Positions 39,235 through 48,416 of a stretch of DNA of 64,000 bases are shown in pieces. Source of the stretch: Candidatus Uhrbacteria bacterium RIFCSPHIGHO2_02_FULL_46_47 (lineage in GTDB: Bacteria > Patescibacteriota > Patescibacteriia > GWA2-47-26). The DNA lies in assembly GCA_001790815.1 (NCBI GenBank), contig MGDU01000010.1, forward strand, positions 2,621-66,620, read 5' to 3'. The position numbers and the translations under genes are program-made. The notes under the pieces are model-generated. The model did no database searches. It was not told the origin of the DNA and worked only from the letters and a program-made list of their open reading frames with translations. The stretch's first letter is position 1, and every line of letters starts with the position of its first letter.

Positions 39235-39900
39235 ATGAAAAGTTCTTTAGTCCAATTTCATAGTTTAAAGTTTCAAAAAAAGAAATTTCGCGCGCTAGTT
39301 GCCAAACATTTTGGTCCGCAAGATCAAAAGAAAATAATAGATGCGTTTATTTTTGCGGAGCGCGCGCACACTTTACAGCGGCGCGATGAGGGAGACGCCT
39401 ACATTATTCATCCAATTAGAGTTGCAATTACGCTTCTTGATAATATAGGAACTTGGGATAGTGATATTGTAGGTGCCGCGCTTTTACATGACGTAATTGA
39501 GGATTGCGGCGTGCGACGCGCAACTCTGCAAAAACGTTTTGGAAAACGCGTTACCCACTTTGTTGAAGCTCTTACGCGTAGAAGAGAAAAAGGAGAAACC
39601 GAAGTTGAGAAAGAAAAACGCAAGATTGCAAAACTCAAAACATTGCAAAAATATCCGTTTGAAGTGCAACTAATCAAATGCGCGGATATTCTTGATAATT
39701 TGCGATGCGCGGCGGACGTGCCGTGGTGGGCCTGGACTCCTATTGCGCGAAAAAAATTTCCGCGATGGCGCCGCGAATTTCATGTCGCAGCGGAATTCGC
39801 GAAAAGTGTTCATCCTATTTTATATCGTGAAATACGCGACGCGCTTCGGCTGTTTGAAGTAAAACGAATGGTGCGCGGCCTTGTACGCCTCGGGTTTTAA
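39235..39900 (+). CDS. HD-domain protein, RelA/SpoT hydrolase-like (small alarmone hydrolase type)
   Basis: AH..Q.R..G..YI.HP, AALLHDVIED, IK.AD.LDNL. Confidence 0.85.
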   Translation: MKSSLVQFHSLKFQKKKFRALVAKHFGPQDQKKIIDAFIFAERAHTLQRRDEGDAYIIHPIRVAITLLDNIGTWDSDIVGAALLHDVIEDCGVRRATLQKRFGKRVTHFVEALTRRREKGETEVEKEKRKIAKLKTLQKYPFEVQLIKCADILDNLRCAADVPWWAWTPIARKKFPRWRREFHVAAEFAKSVHPILYREIRDALRLFEVKRMVRGLVRLGF

Positions 39901-39912
39901 ATGTTATACTAA

Positions 39913-40971
39913 ATGGGGAATCATATGAATGTAAAATGTAAAATGAAAAATGTAAAATTATTGCGCCTCGCTCAGTGTGCATTTTTAATTTTTAATTTTA
40001 CATTTTTAATTCAATTTGCACAGGGCGGTGAATTTGAGGTTGATTTGGGACTGCGTTTCGAAGATATTTTGATAGTGCCAGCCTTACCTATTGCTGGACA
40101 AACTGCGCGTATATACGCGACCGTGCATAATTTTGGAACCAAAGATGCTTTAGGAAAAGTTTCATTTTATCAAGGGCCATTTCTTATTGGTCAGTTACAG
40201 ATTGTATCTGTTAAGGCGCAAGGATTTGCCGATGAAGTATTTATTGATTTTACGGTGCCGGACGGCCCATTTAATATCTTGGTCAAATTAAGTGAAATAT
40301 CTCCTGCCGACCAAAATTCAGGCAATGACGATACAGTGACTCCGCTTAAAGAACCGCTCCCGGATCAAGATCATGATGGGATTATTGATGAACGCGATAG
40401 TTGTATTTCAGTTGTAAATGCGGACCAAGCAGATCACGATGGAGATGGACGTGGAGATGCGTGTGATCCGGATTCTGATAATGATGGACTCGCAGATATT
40501 GACGAAGTCGCGCGCGGATTAAATCCGTTGAATCCCGATACTGATAATGATGGTATGATTGACAGTAAAGATCCGCATCCTCTCAAAGCCGATCCTTCGC
40601 CGCTAGCAAAGAAAGATACGCCGGTAAAAGTCGCAAAAGTTACAGAGACGCAAAAATCACAGTCTGGCGGTGCGGCAGTGGAGGGTGCAAAAAATGATAA
40701 TGCAGCTTCGGAAACTATGGTAGACACGCGCAGTACACCTGAGGCATCAGCTCCGCTTGCCACAGCAGTGCTGGATAAGGAAGATTCTGTACGCGCGGAA
40801 GAAGAATCAATTATTTCAGCTGAATACGCGACTATAATTACGCCGCAGACAAAAATTCCGAAAATACCGCGCGGAGGTTTTTCAAAGCTTTGGGTTGCAG
40901 CCGTATTTTCTACAATATTTGCAGGCGTATTTTCATTTTTAGCGCTGCGTATGAAAACTCCCAAAGAATGA
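39913..40971 (+). CDS. Surface protein with Ig/CARDB-like domain, TSP3-like Ca-binding repeats and C-terminal TM
   Basis: D.D.DG..D..D.C...N.DQ.D.DGDG.GDACD; N-terminal leader built from family E repeat. Confidence 0.8.
   Translation: MGNHMNVKCKMKNVKLLRLAQCAFLIFNFTFLIQFAQGGEFEVDLGLRFEDILIVPALPIAGQTARIYATVHNFGTKDALGKVSFYQGPFLIGQLQIVSVKAQGFADEVFIDFTVPDGPFNILVKLSEISPADQNSGNDDTVTPLKEPLPDQDHDGIIDERDSCISVVNADQADHDGDGRGDACDPDSDNDGLADIDEVARGLNPLNPDTDNDGMIDSKDPHPLKADPSPLAKKDTPVKVAKVTETQKSQSGGAAVEGAKNDNAASETMVDTRSTPEASAPLATAVLDKEDSVRAEEESIISAEYATIITPQTKIPKIPRGGFSKLWVAAVFSTIFAGVFSFLALRMKTPKE
39928..40011. repeat. Family E inverted 7-mer arrays inside signal peptide
   Basis: aatgtaaaatgtaaaatgaaaaatgtaaaatt ... 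atttttaatttttaattttacatttttaatt. Confidence 0.75.
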
Positions 40972-40972
40972 A

Positions 40973-41053
40973 ATGCCAATCTACGAATTTCATGCAAATC
41001 TACAAATCGCGAATTTGTATTTGTAGATTTGAATAAGATTTGTAAATTTGCAT
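40973..41053. repeat. Family F intergenic element
   Basis: atgccaatctacgaatttcatgcaaatctacaaat...atttgtagatttgaataagatttgtaaatttgcat. Confidence 0.85.
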
Positions 41054-41057
41054 TGTC

Positions 41058-42710
41058 GTGGTTCAATGGTTCAATTCTAAAATAGAAAGCATTGCAGGTG
41101 CCGCGGTAATTTTGGCCGGGGCATCTTTCGCATCTAAAATTTTAGGGCTGCTGCGCAATCGCGTGCTTGCTGGCGCGTTTGGCGCTTCAGATACGCTGGA
41201 TGCTTATTATGCCGCCTTCCGCATTCCGGACGCAATTTTTCAGTTTGTGGTCTTAGGCGCGCTCTCGGCCGGGTTTATTCCGGTATTTATGGAGTTGATG
41301 GCGCACACCCCCTCACCTCAATCCTCTCCCTCAGGGAGAGGGCAGGGTGAGGGCAATTCTCAGTGGCAAGTGGCTTCAACCGTGCTAAACGCGCTCGTCA
41401 TAATTCTTGCCGTTTTTGCCACGGTCTTTGCAATTTTCGCTCCACAGCTTCAAATGCTTATTGCCCCCGGATTTAATGGCGAAAAACTCGCGCTGACCAT
41501 ACAATTCGCGCGCATCATGGCGCTTAGCCCTATTTTTTTGGGAATCTCCGCGGTATTTTCCGGAATTTTGCAATCCTATCGCCGTTTTGTAATTTACGCG
41601 CTGGCCCCGCTTTTTTATAATGTAGGCATAATTTTCGGCGCGCTTTGGCTTGTGCCGATTTTTGGAGTTTTGGGATTGGCACTTGGCGTTGTAATAGGCG
41701 CGCTAATGCACATGGCCGTGCAAATTCCAAATGTGCGCCGTGTTGGATTTCGCTGGCGGCCTATTTTAGATTTAAAAAGCCAAGCCGTACGCAAAATCGG
41801 AGTGCTTTCCATGCCGCGCTTGCTTGGTTTGGCTGTAACTCAAGTCAATTTATTCGCGATTACACTTTTAGCTTCAAAATTGTCTTCCGGAAGTTTGTCA
41901 ATATTTAATCTGGCAAATGACATTCAAAGCGTACCCATAGGACTTTTTGCGATTTCCCTTGCCACCGCCGCGTTTCCGGCCTTTTCCGAATTTGCCACGC
42001 GTAAAGATAACGATGGATTTAGAAAAAGTTTTTCTTCTACGGCGCGCCTCATTTTGTTTTTAACCATTCCATTTGCCATCCTGCTTTTGCTTTTGCGGGC
42101 CCAAGTTGTACGCGTGCTTTTGGGGTCCGGAAAATTTGATTGGGCAGATACTATAGCTACCGCGGACACGCTTGCATTTTTTAGCTTAAGTTTGTTTGCC
42201 CAGGCGCTATTGCCCCTTTTGGCACGCGCATCCTACGCATTGAAGGATACATTGTCGCCGCTTCTGGCCGGTGCCGCAGGAGTCGCGGCCAATGTCATAC
42301 TCGCTTTGTATTTTCGCGGACCTTTTGGGATTGCCGGGTTGGCGCTTGCGTTTTCATTCGCGATGCTTATAAATTTAGGGATACTTTGGCTTATGCTTCG
42401 TGCGCGTCTGCGCTCGCTTGACGAGGCGCAAATTGTTCCCGCGCTTTTTAAAATCTCCGGAGCGGCGCTGGCCATGGCACTTGTCGTGCAGGCCACAAAG
42501 TATTGGCTTGCCCCGCAAGTGAATATGCAAACCGGGGTAGGAGTTTTAACGCAAGGATTTGTCTCGGGCACCCTCGGTCTTACTGTATTTTTAATTACCG
42601 CGCTGGCCATGGGCTCAGACGAAGCCCGCGCCATTAAGAATGCTTTTACCAAGCGCCTTTTCCGCGGGAAAGATGTCCGGCCAGTGGAAATCGTGGAGCC
42701 CCGCGGATGA
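41058..42710 (+). CDS. murJ: Lipid II flippase MurJ (MviN)
   Basis: SKILGLLR.R.LA..FGA....DAYYAAFRIPD, GALSAGFIPVF; many TM segments. Confidence 0.95.
   Translation: MVQWFNSKIESIAGAAVILAGASFASKILGLLRNRVLAGAFGASDTLDAYYAAFRIPDAIFQFVVLGALSAGFIPVFMELMAHTPSPQSSPSGRGQGEGNSQWQVASTVLNALVIILAVFATVFAIFAPQLQMLIAPGFNGEKLALTIQFARIMALSPIFLGISAVFSGILQSYRRFVIYALAPLFYNVGIIFGALWLVPIFGVLGLALGVVIGALMHMAVQIPNVRRVGFRWRPILDLKSQAVRKIGVLSMPRLLGLAVTQVNLFAITLLASKLSSGSLSIFNLANDIQSVPIGLFAISLATAAFPAFSEFATRKDNDGFRKSFSSTARLILFLTIPFAILLLLLRAQVVRVLLGSGKFDWADTIATADTLAFFSLSLFAQALLPLLARASYALKDTLSPLLAGAAGVAANVILALYFRGPFGIAGLALAFSFAMLINLGILWLMLRARLRSLDEAQIVPALFKISGAALAMALVVQATKYWLAPQVNMQTGVGVLTQGFVSGTLGLTVFLITALAMGSDEARAIKNAFTKRLFRGKDVRPVEIVEPRG
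41308..41353. repeat. Family A element in frame in murJ
   Basis: ccctcacctcaatcctctccctcagggagaggggcagggtgaggg-like; TPSPQSSPSGRGQGEG. Confidence 0.9.
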
Positions 42711-42779
42711 TACGTGGGGCGGGATTGACAAAATAGGGTAAGAAGCGCAGGGTGGAAGTAGTTCCTAGGAGGAAAAATC

Positions 42780-43736
42780 ATGCAATCACGGCCAAGGCGC
42801 ACTCTCTATCAAGATAGGACATGGCTTAAGGTGCGGCTAAAGCGCGGCTTGACCGCGCCTCAGATTGCAAATCAGGTCAAAGTCAGCACGCCTACCATAA
42901 CACGATGGATCGCGATTCATGACCTTGTTGGATGTTCCTTGCGCGCGATTTGTCGCAATTATCTGAACAGACGCGCGCGGGCAACCTATGCCAATAGAGC
43001 GTGGCTTCGCGCAGAACTTGCGGCAGAACACACCTACAAAGAGATTGCCAAAAAGGTAGGCGTTTATCCGCTTACCATTGCCAATTGGGCCTTGCGGTTC
43101 AAGTTGGCTAATGGGCACCTTTCTCATACTGCCACTTGTACCTACGCCAATCAGAAGTGGCTGGCCGCCCAGATTGCGCGCGGGTTTCTTGATAGGCAAA
43201 TTGCTCACGAAACCGGCGTAACAGCTCACACTATAGAATATTGGCGCAAGCAGTTTGGCATCAGGTGCCCGCCGCGGCAGCGACCACCGAGAAATCTGAA
43301 GGAGCGGCGTGCTTTTGGGACGTGGCTTGCGCCGCGCCTGCATCGCTTAGCGCTCCCGGAGACACAAGGCGCTGCCCTTTGCGCGTATTACGCAGTAAAC
43401 GGCACTTTCTGTGAGCAGAAGCAATTGGCACAAGAGCAGGGAGTGACTCCGCATGGTATTGATTATCGCAGAACCAAAGCACTTGCGGTCATACTGGATA
43501 CCTTTGGCATGGGACAGCTCGCAAGATTTCCGGAGATAGTTAAGCGACGAAAAACACTTCAAGCGTTTGTGCCAAAGAAACAAACACACACGCTACGCAC
43601 ATATCGTGATAAGGCGTGGCTTAGGGCGCGCGTTGCGCGCAACTTATCCGACAAGCAAATCGCGAGCGAGGTTGGAAACACTAGTTTTACAACTATCGCG
43701 CATTGGCGTCGATCTTTTGGGATCACAAGGAGGTAG
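42780..43736 (+). CDS. Basic protein with tandem repeated HTH-like modules
   Basis: Four copies of Y.(D/N)..WL......(G)....QIA...GV...TI..W...F plus a sigma-r4-like HTH; SD aggagg. Confidence 0.75.
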   Translation: MQSRPRRTLYQDRTWLKVRLKRGLTAPQIANQVKVSTPTITRWIAIHDLVGCSLRAICRNYLNRRARATYANRAWLRAELAAEHTYKEIAKKVGVYPLTIANWALRFKLANGHLSHTATCTYANQKWLAAQIARGFLDRQIAHETGVTAHTIEYWRKQFGIRCPPRQRPPRNLKERRAFGTWLAPRLHRLALPETQGAALCAYYAVNGTFCEQKQLAQEQGVTPHGIDYRRTKALAVILDTFGMGQLARFPEIVKRRKTLQAFVPKKQTHTLRTYRDKAWLRARVARNLSDKQIASEVGNTSFTTIAHWRRSFGITRR

Positions 43737-43823
43737 CGTTGAATTCATATGCCGACCGCGTCATCCCAGCGGCCGGCCTTATTTTTGACAATAAAGCGGT
43801 GTGGGCATTTTTTTATAAATACC

Positions 43824-43855
43824 GCATTCTCCAATTCGCGCGAATTGGAGAATGC
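43824..43855. repeat. Perfect 32-bp palindrome nested in outer inverted repeats
   Basis: gcattctccaattcgc|gcgaattggagaatgc; outer gtgggcattttttt (43801) / aaaaaaagcgcccac (to 43909). Confidence 0.8.
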
Positions 43856-44082
43856 ATTCTGCGATTCTGCGGAATTGCGGAATGATGGCGGAATAAAAAA
43901 AGCGCCCACCCCGAGAGTCCATTGGGTGGGCATTTACGCCGTGCGATCATGCAATGTGCCTGTTCCCAGGCCTGCTCCAGGTCCCACTGGAGAGAGGGCG
44001 GGCTCTCGTCGGTCTCAATGAGCCCTAGTTGCTGATGCACTTGTGGCTAGCTGTACTGTACGACCTTGCGGTCGGAAGGAGC

Positions 44083-44120
44083 AAATAAAGGGCGCCGGGT
44101 TCACCGCCGGTACGGCGCCC
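44083..44120 (-). terminator. Probable minus-strand intrinsic terminator
   Basis: gggcgccg...cggcgccc followed by tttattt on minus strand. Confidence 0.55.
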
Positions 44121-44307
44121 GAGAAACAATTACGGTGCGGGGAGTACCGGACTCCCACACAGAGCCGAGTCGTGCGCGTTCACGATCTCGGAGCATTCCA
44201 GCACGCCTAGTTGGCTCCCTTGCGAGAGTTGACCGCGCATCGGTCGTGCCGGCGGCCATTTTAAGGCCCACACATTTTTCTTATTTTTGACTTTTACTTC
44301 TGAATGC

Positions 44308-44336
44308 AGTTTAGCATAATCTGAATGCCTTGTCAA
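44308..44336 (-). promoter_or_regulatory. Sigma70-like promoter divergent from lepA
   Basis: Minus strand TTGACA-17 nt-TAAACT (with TG extension). Confidence 0.6.
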
Positions 44337-44366
44337 GGGGGGTAGAAATGGGGTATGGTGGGAGAC

Positions 44367-46337
44367 ATGGAACAATCGAAAATTCGGAATTTTTGCATTA
44401 TCGCCCATATTGATCATGGAAAGTCCACGCTCGCGGATCGGTTTTTGGAATTGACCGGAACAGTAGAAAAGCGGCAGATGAAAGAACAGCTTTTGGATCA
44501 GATGGATATTGAACGCGAGCGCGGCATCACTATCAAACTCGCTCCAGTCCGCATGAACTACGTACTACATACTACCCCCTACGTACTTAACCTAATTGAC
44601 ACCCCCGGCCACGTTGACTTCACTTACGAAGTTTCGCGTTCACTGGCGGCAGTGGAAGGCGCGATTTTACTGGTTGATGCAACTCAAGGCGTGCAAGCCC
44701 AAACTATTGGTAATCTTTATCTTGCGCTAGAGCAAAATCTCACAATTATTCCAGTGGTAAATAAAATTGATTTGCCCAGTGCCGATGTTGCTAAGACAAA
44801 GGCAGAACTCATGCATTTAATCGGATGCAAAGAAGAGGAGATTTTGGCAGTTTCCGGACGAACTGGTGAAGGTGTGCCGGAATTGTTGGAGGCGATTGTG
44901 GAACGCGTGCCAGCCCCTCACCCCAACCCTCTCCCACAAGGGGAGAGGGAGTTACAGAAATACCCCACTCCCTTAATGGGAGGGGATAAAGGGGGGGGTG
45001 TTTCGCTTCGGGCCTTAATCTTTGACTCCATTTATGACACGTATCGCGGAGTGGTGGCGTATGTGCGGGTATTTGACGGTGAAATAAAAAAGGGCGAGAA
45101 AATCATTTTCATGGCCACCAAGGCGCAAAGCGAAGCGCTGGAAGTTGGATTTTTCAAACCAAAATTTGTTCCCTCCGATTCACTTGGAGCCGGTGAGATC
45201 GGTTATATTGTGACTGGGCTTAAAGATATTGCCGGATGCCGCGTTGGAGATACTATTACGGGCTACACGCTACACGCTACAAGCTACACGGTTGAACCCC
45301 TTCCCGGCTATAAAGAAGTAAAACCCATGGTGTTTGCCGGAATTTTTCCAAAAGTAGGGGATGAGTATTCGCAACTGCGCGAGGCCATGGGAAAACTCAA
45401 ACTCAATGACGGCGCGCTTAGCTATGAGCCGGAAAAATCCACTGCGCTGGGATTTGGATTCCGCTGCGGATTTTTAGGACTTTTACATTTGGAAATTGTA
45501 GAAGAGCGTTTGCGTCGCGAGCATAACGTTGAAGTAATTACAACAGTTCCATCTGTGGCGTATCGGGTTAGCAAAACTGATGGTCAAGTGATGATAATCA
45601 AAGGCGCGCAGGAATTGCCTGATCAAAATTATATTCAAAAAATTGAAGAGCCGTGGGTCAAAATTGATGTGGTGGTGCCAAAAAAATACATTGGCGGAGT
45701 GATGCAGTTGGTACAAGAGAAAAGGGGAGTGTATGTGAATACGGAGTACATGCTACCCTCACCCCAACCCTCTCCCATAAGGGGCGAGGGAGAAAATCAG
45801 GTTCCCTCTCCCTCCATGGGAGAGGGAGATTCGGCCATGGACGAATCGGGTGAGGGGCGCGTAATTTTGCATTACGAACTCCCGCTTGCCTCAATTCTTG
45901 TGGATTTTTATGATAAACTCAAAAGCGTTTCTTCTGGTTATGCCTCGCTCAATTATGAATTGACCAAATACAAGGAAGCAGATGTGGTGCGACTTGATAT
46001 TTTAGTGGCTGAAGATCAGGTTGAGGCGCTGGCCACGGTTGTTTATAGCGATAGCGCGCAAGACTCGGGTCGTAAAATTGTGGAGGCGCTTAAAAAAACT
46101 TTGCCGCGCCAGCAATTTGAAATTAAAATCCAGGCCGCGCTGGGCGGAAAAATTATTGCTTCCGAACGCATTTCACCTTTGCGCAAAGATGTGACGGCCA
46201 AGCTTTATGGCGGCGATGTGACGCGCAAAATGAAACTTTTGGAAAAACAGAAAAAAGGCAAGAAAAAAATGGCGGCCATGGGCCACGGGGCAGTGGATAT
46301 TCCACCAGCGGCCTACCTTGCGGTACTGAAACGTTGA
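44367..46337 (+). CDS. lepA: Elongation factor 4 with in-frame insertions
   Basis: IRNFCIIAHIDHGKSTLADR, DTPGHVDF, GFRCGFLGLLH, LYGGDVTRK.KLLEKQK; start 44355 or 44367. Confidence 0.97.
   Translation: MEQSKIRNFCIIAHIDHGKSTLADRFLELTGTVEKRQMKEQLLDQMDIERERGITIKLAPVRMNYVLHTTPYVLNLIDTPGHVDFTYEVSRSLAAVEGAILLVDATQGVQAQTIGNLYLALEQNLTIIPVVNKIDLPSADVAKTKAELMHLIGCKEEEILAVSGRTGEGVPELLEAIVERVPAPHPNPLPQGERELQKYPTPLMGGDKGGGVSLRALIFDSIYDTYRGVVAYVRVFDGEIKKGEKIIFMATKAQSEALEVGFFKPKFVPSDSLGAGEIGYIVTGLKDIAGCRVGDTITGYTLHATSYTVEPLPGYKEVKPMVFAGIFPKVGDEYSQLREAMGKLKLNDGALSYEPEKSTALGFGFRCGFLGLLHLEIVEERLRREHNVEVITTVPSVAYRVSKTDGQVMIIKGAQELPDQNYIQKIEEPWVKIDVVVPKKYIGGVMQLVQEKRGVYVNTEYMLPSPQPSPIRGEGENQVPSPSMGEGDSAMDESGEGRVILHYELPLASILVDFYDKLKSVSSGYASLNYELTKYKEADVVRLDILVAEDQVEALATVVYSDSAQDSGRKIVEALKKTLPRQQFEIKIQAALGGKIIASERISPLRKDVTAKLYGGDVTRKMKLLEKQKKGKKKMAAMGHGAVDIPPAAYLAVLKR
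44914..45000. repeat. Family A element in frame in lepA
   Basis: cccctcaccccaaccctctccc..gggagaggg...; PHPNPLPQGERE...GGDKGGG. Confidence 0.9.
45756..45857. repeat. Family A element in frame in lepA
   Basis: ccctcaccccaaccctctccc...gggtgagggg; PSPQPSPIRGEG...SGEG. Confidence 0.9.
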
Positions 46338-46357
46338 TGATATAGTATTCAACCATT

Positions 46358-46453
46358 ATGAAACGCAAGACATTTCAGCGTGCCTGGACAGTAGTCGTAA
46401 TCATTATGATTGCGGCGATGATTTTATTTACCATCGTGCCGTATCTGTTCTAG
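46358..46453 (+). CDS. 31-aa single-TM small protein (not in ORF track)
   Basis: MKRKTFQRAWTVVVIIMIAAMILFTIVPYLF; fills the lepA-recJ gap. Confidence 0.6.
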   Translation: MKRKTFQRAWTVVVIIMIAAMILFTIVPYLF

Positions 46454-46456
46454 TGA

Positions 46457-46481
46457 ACGCCGGCTAAAGACCGGCGACTAC
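46457..46481. repeat. GTAG REP (family D), reverse orientation
   Basis: acgccggctaaagaccggcgactac, identical to 11583..11607. Confidence 0.85.
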
Positions 46482-46488
46482 ATTTAAT

Positions 46489-48315
46489 ATGGAAAAGAAT
46501 TGGGTACTTTTGGAAAACGCGCCGGAGGATTGGCAAGGTCAAATGCCAGAGGTGTCTGCTATTTTGCGGCAGATTTTGTGGACTCGTGGATTGCGAACTA
46601 AGGCCGAGGCAGAACAATTTTTACATCCTAGTTTTGAAAAGGATCTGCATGATCCTTTTTTGTTTAAGGACATGGAAAAAACAGTGGCGCGGCTGTTTGC
46701 GGCAATTGAGAAAAAGGAGAAAATTTTTGTGTATGGCGATTATGACGCGGATGGCGTACCGGGCGCGGCTATTTTGAAAACTACCCTGGACGCGCTTGGC
46801 GCGGTTACGGATATTTATATTCCGCATCGCGAAAAAGAAGGATATGGACTAAATAGCGGCGCCATTGCCTATATGGCCGAGCAAAATGGCAAGATAGTGA
46901 TTACTTGCGACTGTGGGATTAGCAATGCGTCAGAAGTGGCTGAGGCGCGCGCAAAAGGAATTGATGTAATCATCACTGACCATCATCGCATACCTGAAAT
47001 AGTACCCAAACCATTTGCAATTTTGCATCCATTAATTCCCGGAGAAAAATATCCGAACAAGTTTTTAACCGGCGGTGGCGTGGCGTATAAGCTGGCGTGC
47101 GCGCTTTTACAAACCGCGCATAACTCCCCCCAACCCCCTCTTACCTTAAGAGGGGGAGAGGATCTTGAAGGATTTGAAAAGTGGTTGTTGGATTTGGTGG
47201 CCATATCAACTGTGGCGGATGTGGGGAAACTTCTGGATGAGAATCGAACGCTTGTAAAATATGGACTTACCGTACTTAACAAAACCCGCCGGCTAGGTTT
47301 GCAAAAACTTATTGAAGCCGCAGGAATAAAGCTGGGTGCGCTAGACACTTATTCAATCGGCTGGCAAATCGCTCCGCGTATCAATGCCGCCGGCCGCATG
47401 GATCATGCCAATGCCGCTTTTCAATTGCTGATGGCCACTGACGCGGAAGAAGCGCAGCGTCTTGCGGCACAGTTGAACGAATCAAATGTGGCGAGACAAA
47501 AGGAAACCGATCGCGCGTTAAAGGAGGCGAGGGAACAAATTATGAAGGGATTACTCTCACCTCAATCCTCTCCCATAAAGGGAGAGGAAGTAACGCAACC
47601 CCCCTCGCACCTTGCGGGAGAGGGTCGGGGTGAGGGGGAATTACCGTACCTCCTTGCCGCGTATAATCCTTCCTGGAATCCCGGAGTGATTGGGTTGGTA
47701 GCTGGACGGCTTATGGAAGAATTTCGGCGGCCGGTACTTATCTGCACGCGCAATGAAGGCGGAAAATTTATGGCCTCGGCACGATCAATTTCAGAATTTA
47801 ATATTATTGAAGCGCTCGCCTCATCAAAAGAATATCTTTTGAAATTTGGCGGGCACCCCAAAGCCGCTGGTTTTTCTGTTGAAAGCGAAGAGAAATGGCA
47901 TGCACTTATTGCGCATTTGCAGGAACTCGCGCACAAAGCGCTCCATGCTGTTGATGTGCGGCCAACGCTCTATATTGACGCGGATCTTATACTTGCGCAA
48001 GTAGATTGGAATTTAGTTTCTGATGTGCAAGCGCTTGAGCCGTGCGGGGAAGGCAATCCGCGTCCGCGGTTTTTAATACATGGCATAACCGTGCTTGGAT
48101 TTGATACTGTAGGAAATGGCGGGAAGCACTTGCGTCTTACGGTTACTGATGAAACGCAAAAGCCGCGCAAAATGATTGGATTTAATTGTGGAAGCTGGTG
48201 CGAGCGGTTAAAAATCGGCGACTTGATTGATGTGGTCGTTGAAGTTGGAGTAAATGAATGGAATGGAAATCGTGATATTGAGATGCGAATTGTGGATTTA
48301 AGATTCCATCAATAA
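46489..48315 (+). CDS. recJ: ssDNA-specific exonuclease RecJ with in-frame insertions
   Basis: YGDYDADG, T.DCG, TDHH, PRINAAGR, SARS, FGGH..AAG. Confidence 0.96.
   Translation: MEKNWVLLENAPEDWQGQMPEVSAILRQILWTRGLRTKAEAEQFLHPSFEKDLHDPFLFKDMEKTVARLFAAIEKKEKIFVYGDYDADGVPGAAILKTTLDALGAVTDIYIPHREKEGYGLNSGAIAYMAEQNGKIVITCDCGISNASEVAEARAKGIDVIITDHHRIPEIVPKPFAILHPLIPGEKYPNKFLTGGGVAYKLACALLQTAHNSPQPPLTLRGGEDLEGFEKWLLDLVAISTVADVGKLLDENRTLVKYGLTVLNKTRRLGLQKLIEAAGIKLGALDTYSIGWQIAPRINAAGRMDHANAAFQLLMATDAEEAQRLAAQLNESNVARQKETDRALKEAREQIMKGLLSPQSSPIKGEEVTQPPSHLAGEGRGEGELPYLLAAYNPSWNPGVIGLVAGRLMEEFRRPVLICTRNEGGKFMASARSISEFNIIEALASSKEYLLKFGGHPKAAGFSVESEEKWHALIAHLQELAHKALHAVDVRPTLYIDADLILAQVDWNLVSDVQALEPCGEGNPRPRFLIHGITVLGFDTVGNGGKHLRLTVTDETQKPRKMIGFNCGSWCERLKIGDLIDVVVEVGVNEWNGNRDIEMRIVDLRFHQ
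47124..47158. repeat. Family A-related half element in frame in recJ
   Basis: ctccccccaaccccctcttaccttaagagggggag; NSPQPPLTLRGGE. Confidence 0.8.
47554..47638. repeat. Family A element in frame in recJ
   Basis: ctcacctcaatcctctccc..gggagagg...gggagagggtcggggtgaggg; SPQSSPIKGEE...GEGRGEG. Confidence 0.9.
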
Positions 48316-48317
48316 TA

Positions 48318-48410
48318 TGATGCCAATATACGAATTTCATGCCAATCTACAAATAACAAATAATTCATTCGCAATTCGTAGATTAGCATAAGATTTGTAG
48401 ATTTGCATCA
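48318..48410. repeat. Family F intergenic element
   Basis: tgatgccaatatacgaatttcatgccaatctacaaat...taagatttgtagatttgcatca. Confidence 0.85.
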
Positions 48411-48416
48411 TATTTT

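Noticed and set aside
44060-44120. SRP RNA, tmRNA or RNase P in the non-coding tract
   Set aside because: ggaaggagca only loosely resembles the SRP motif; no tRNA-like ends or RNase P signatures recognised
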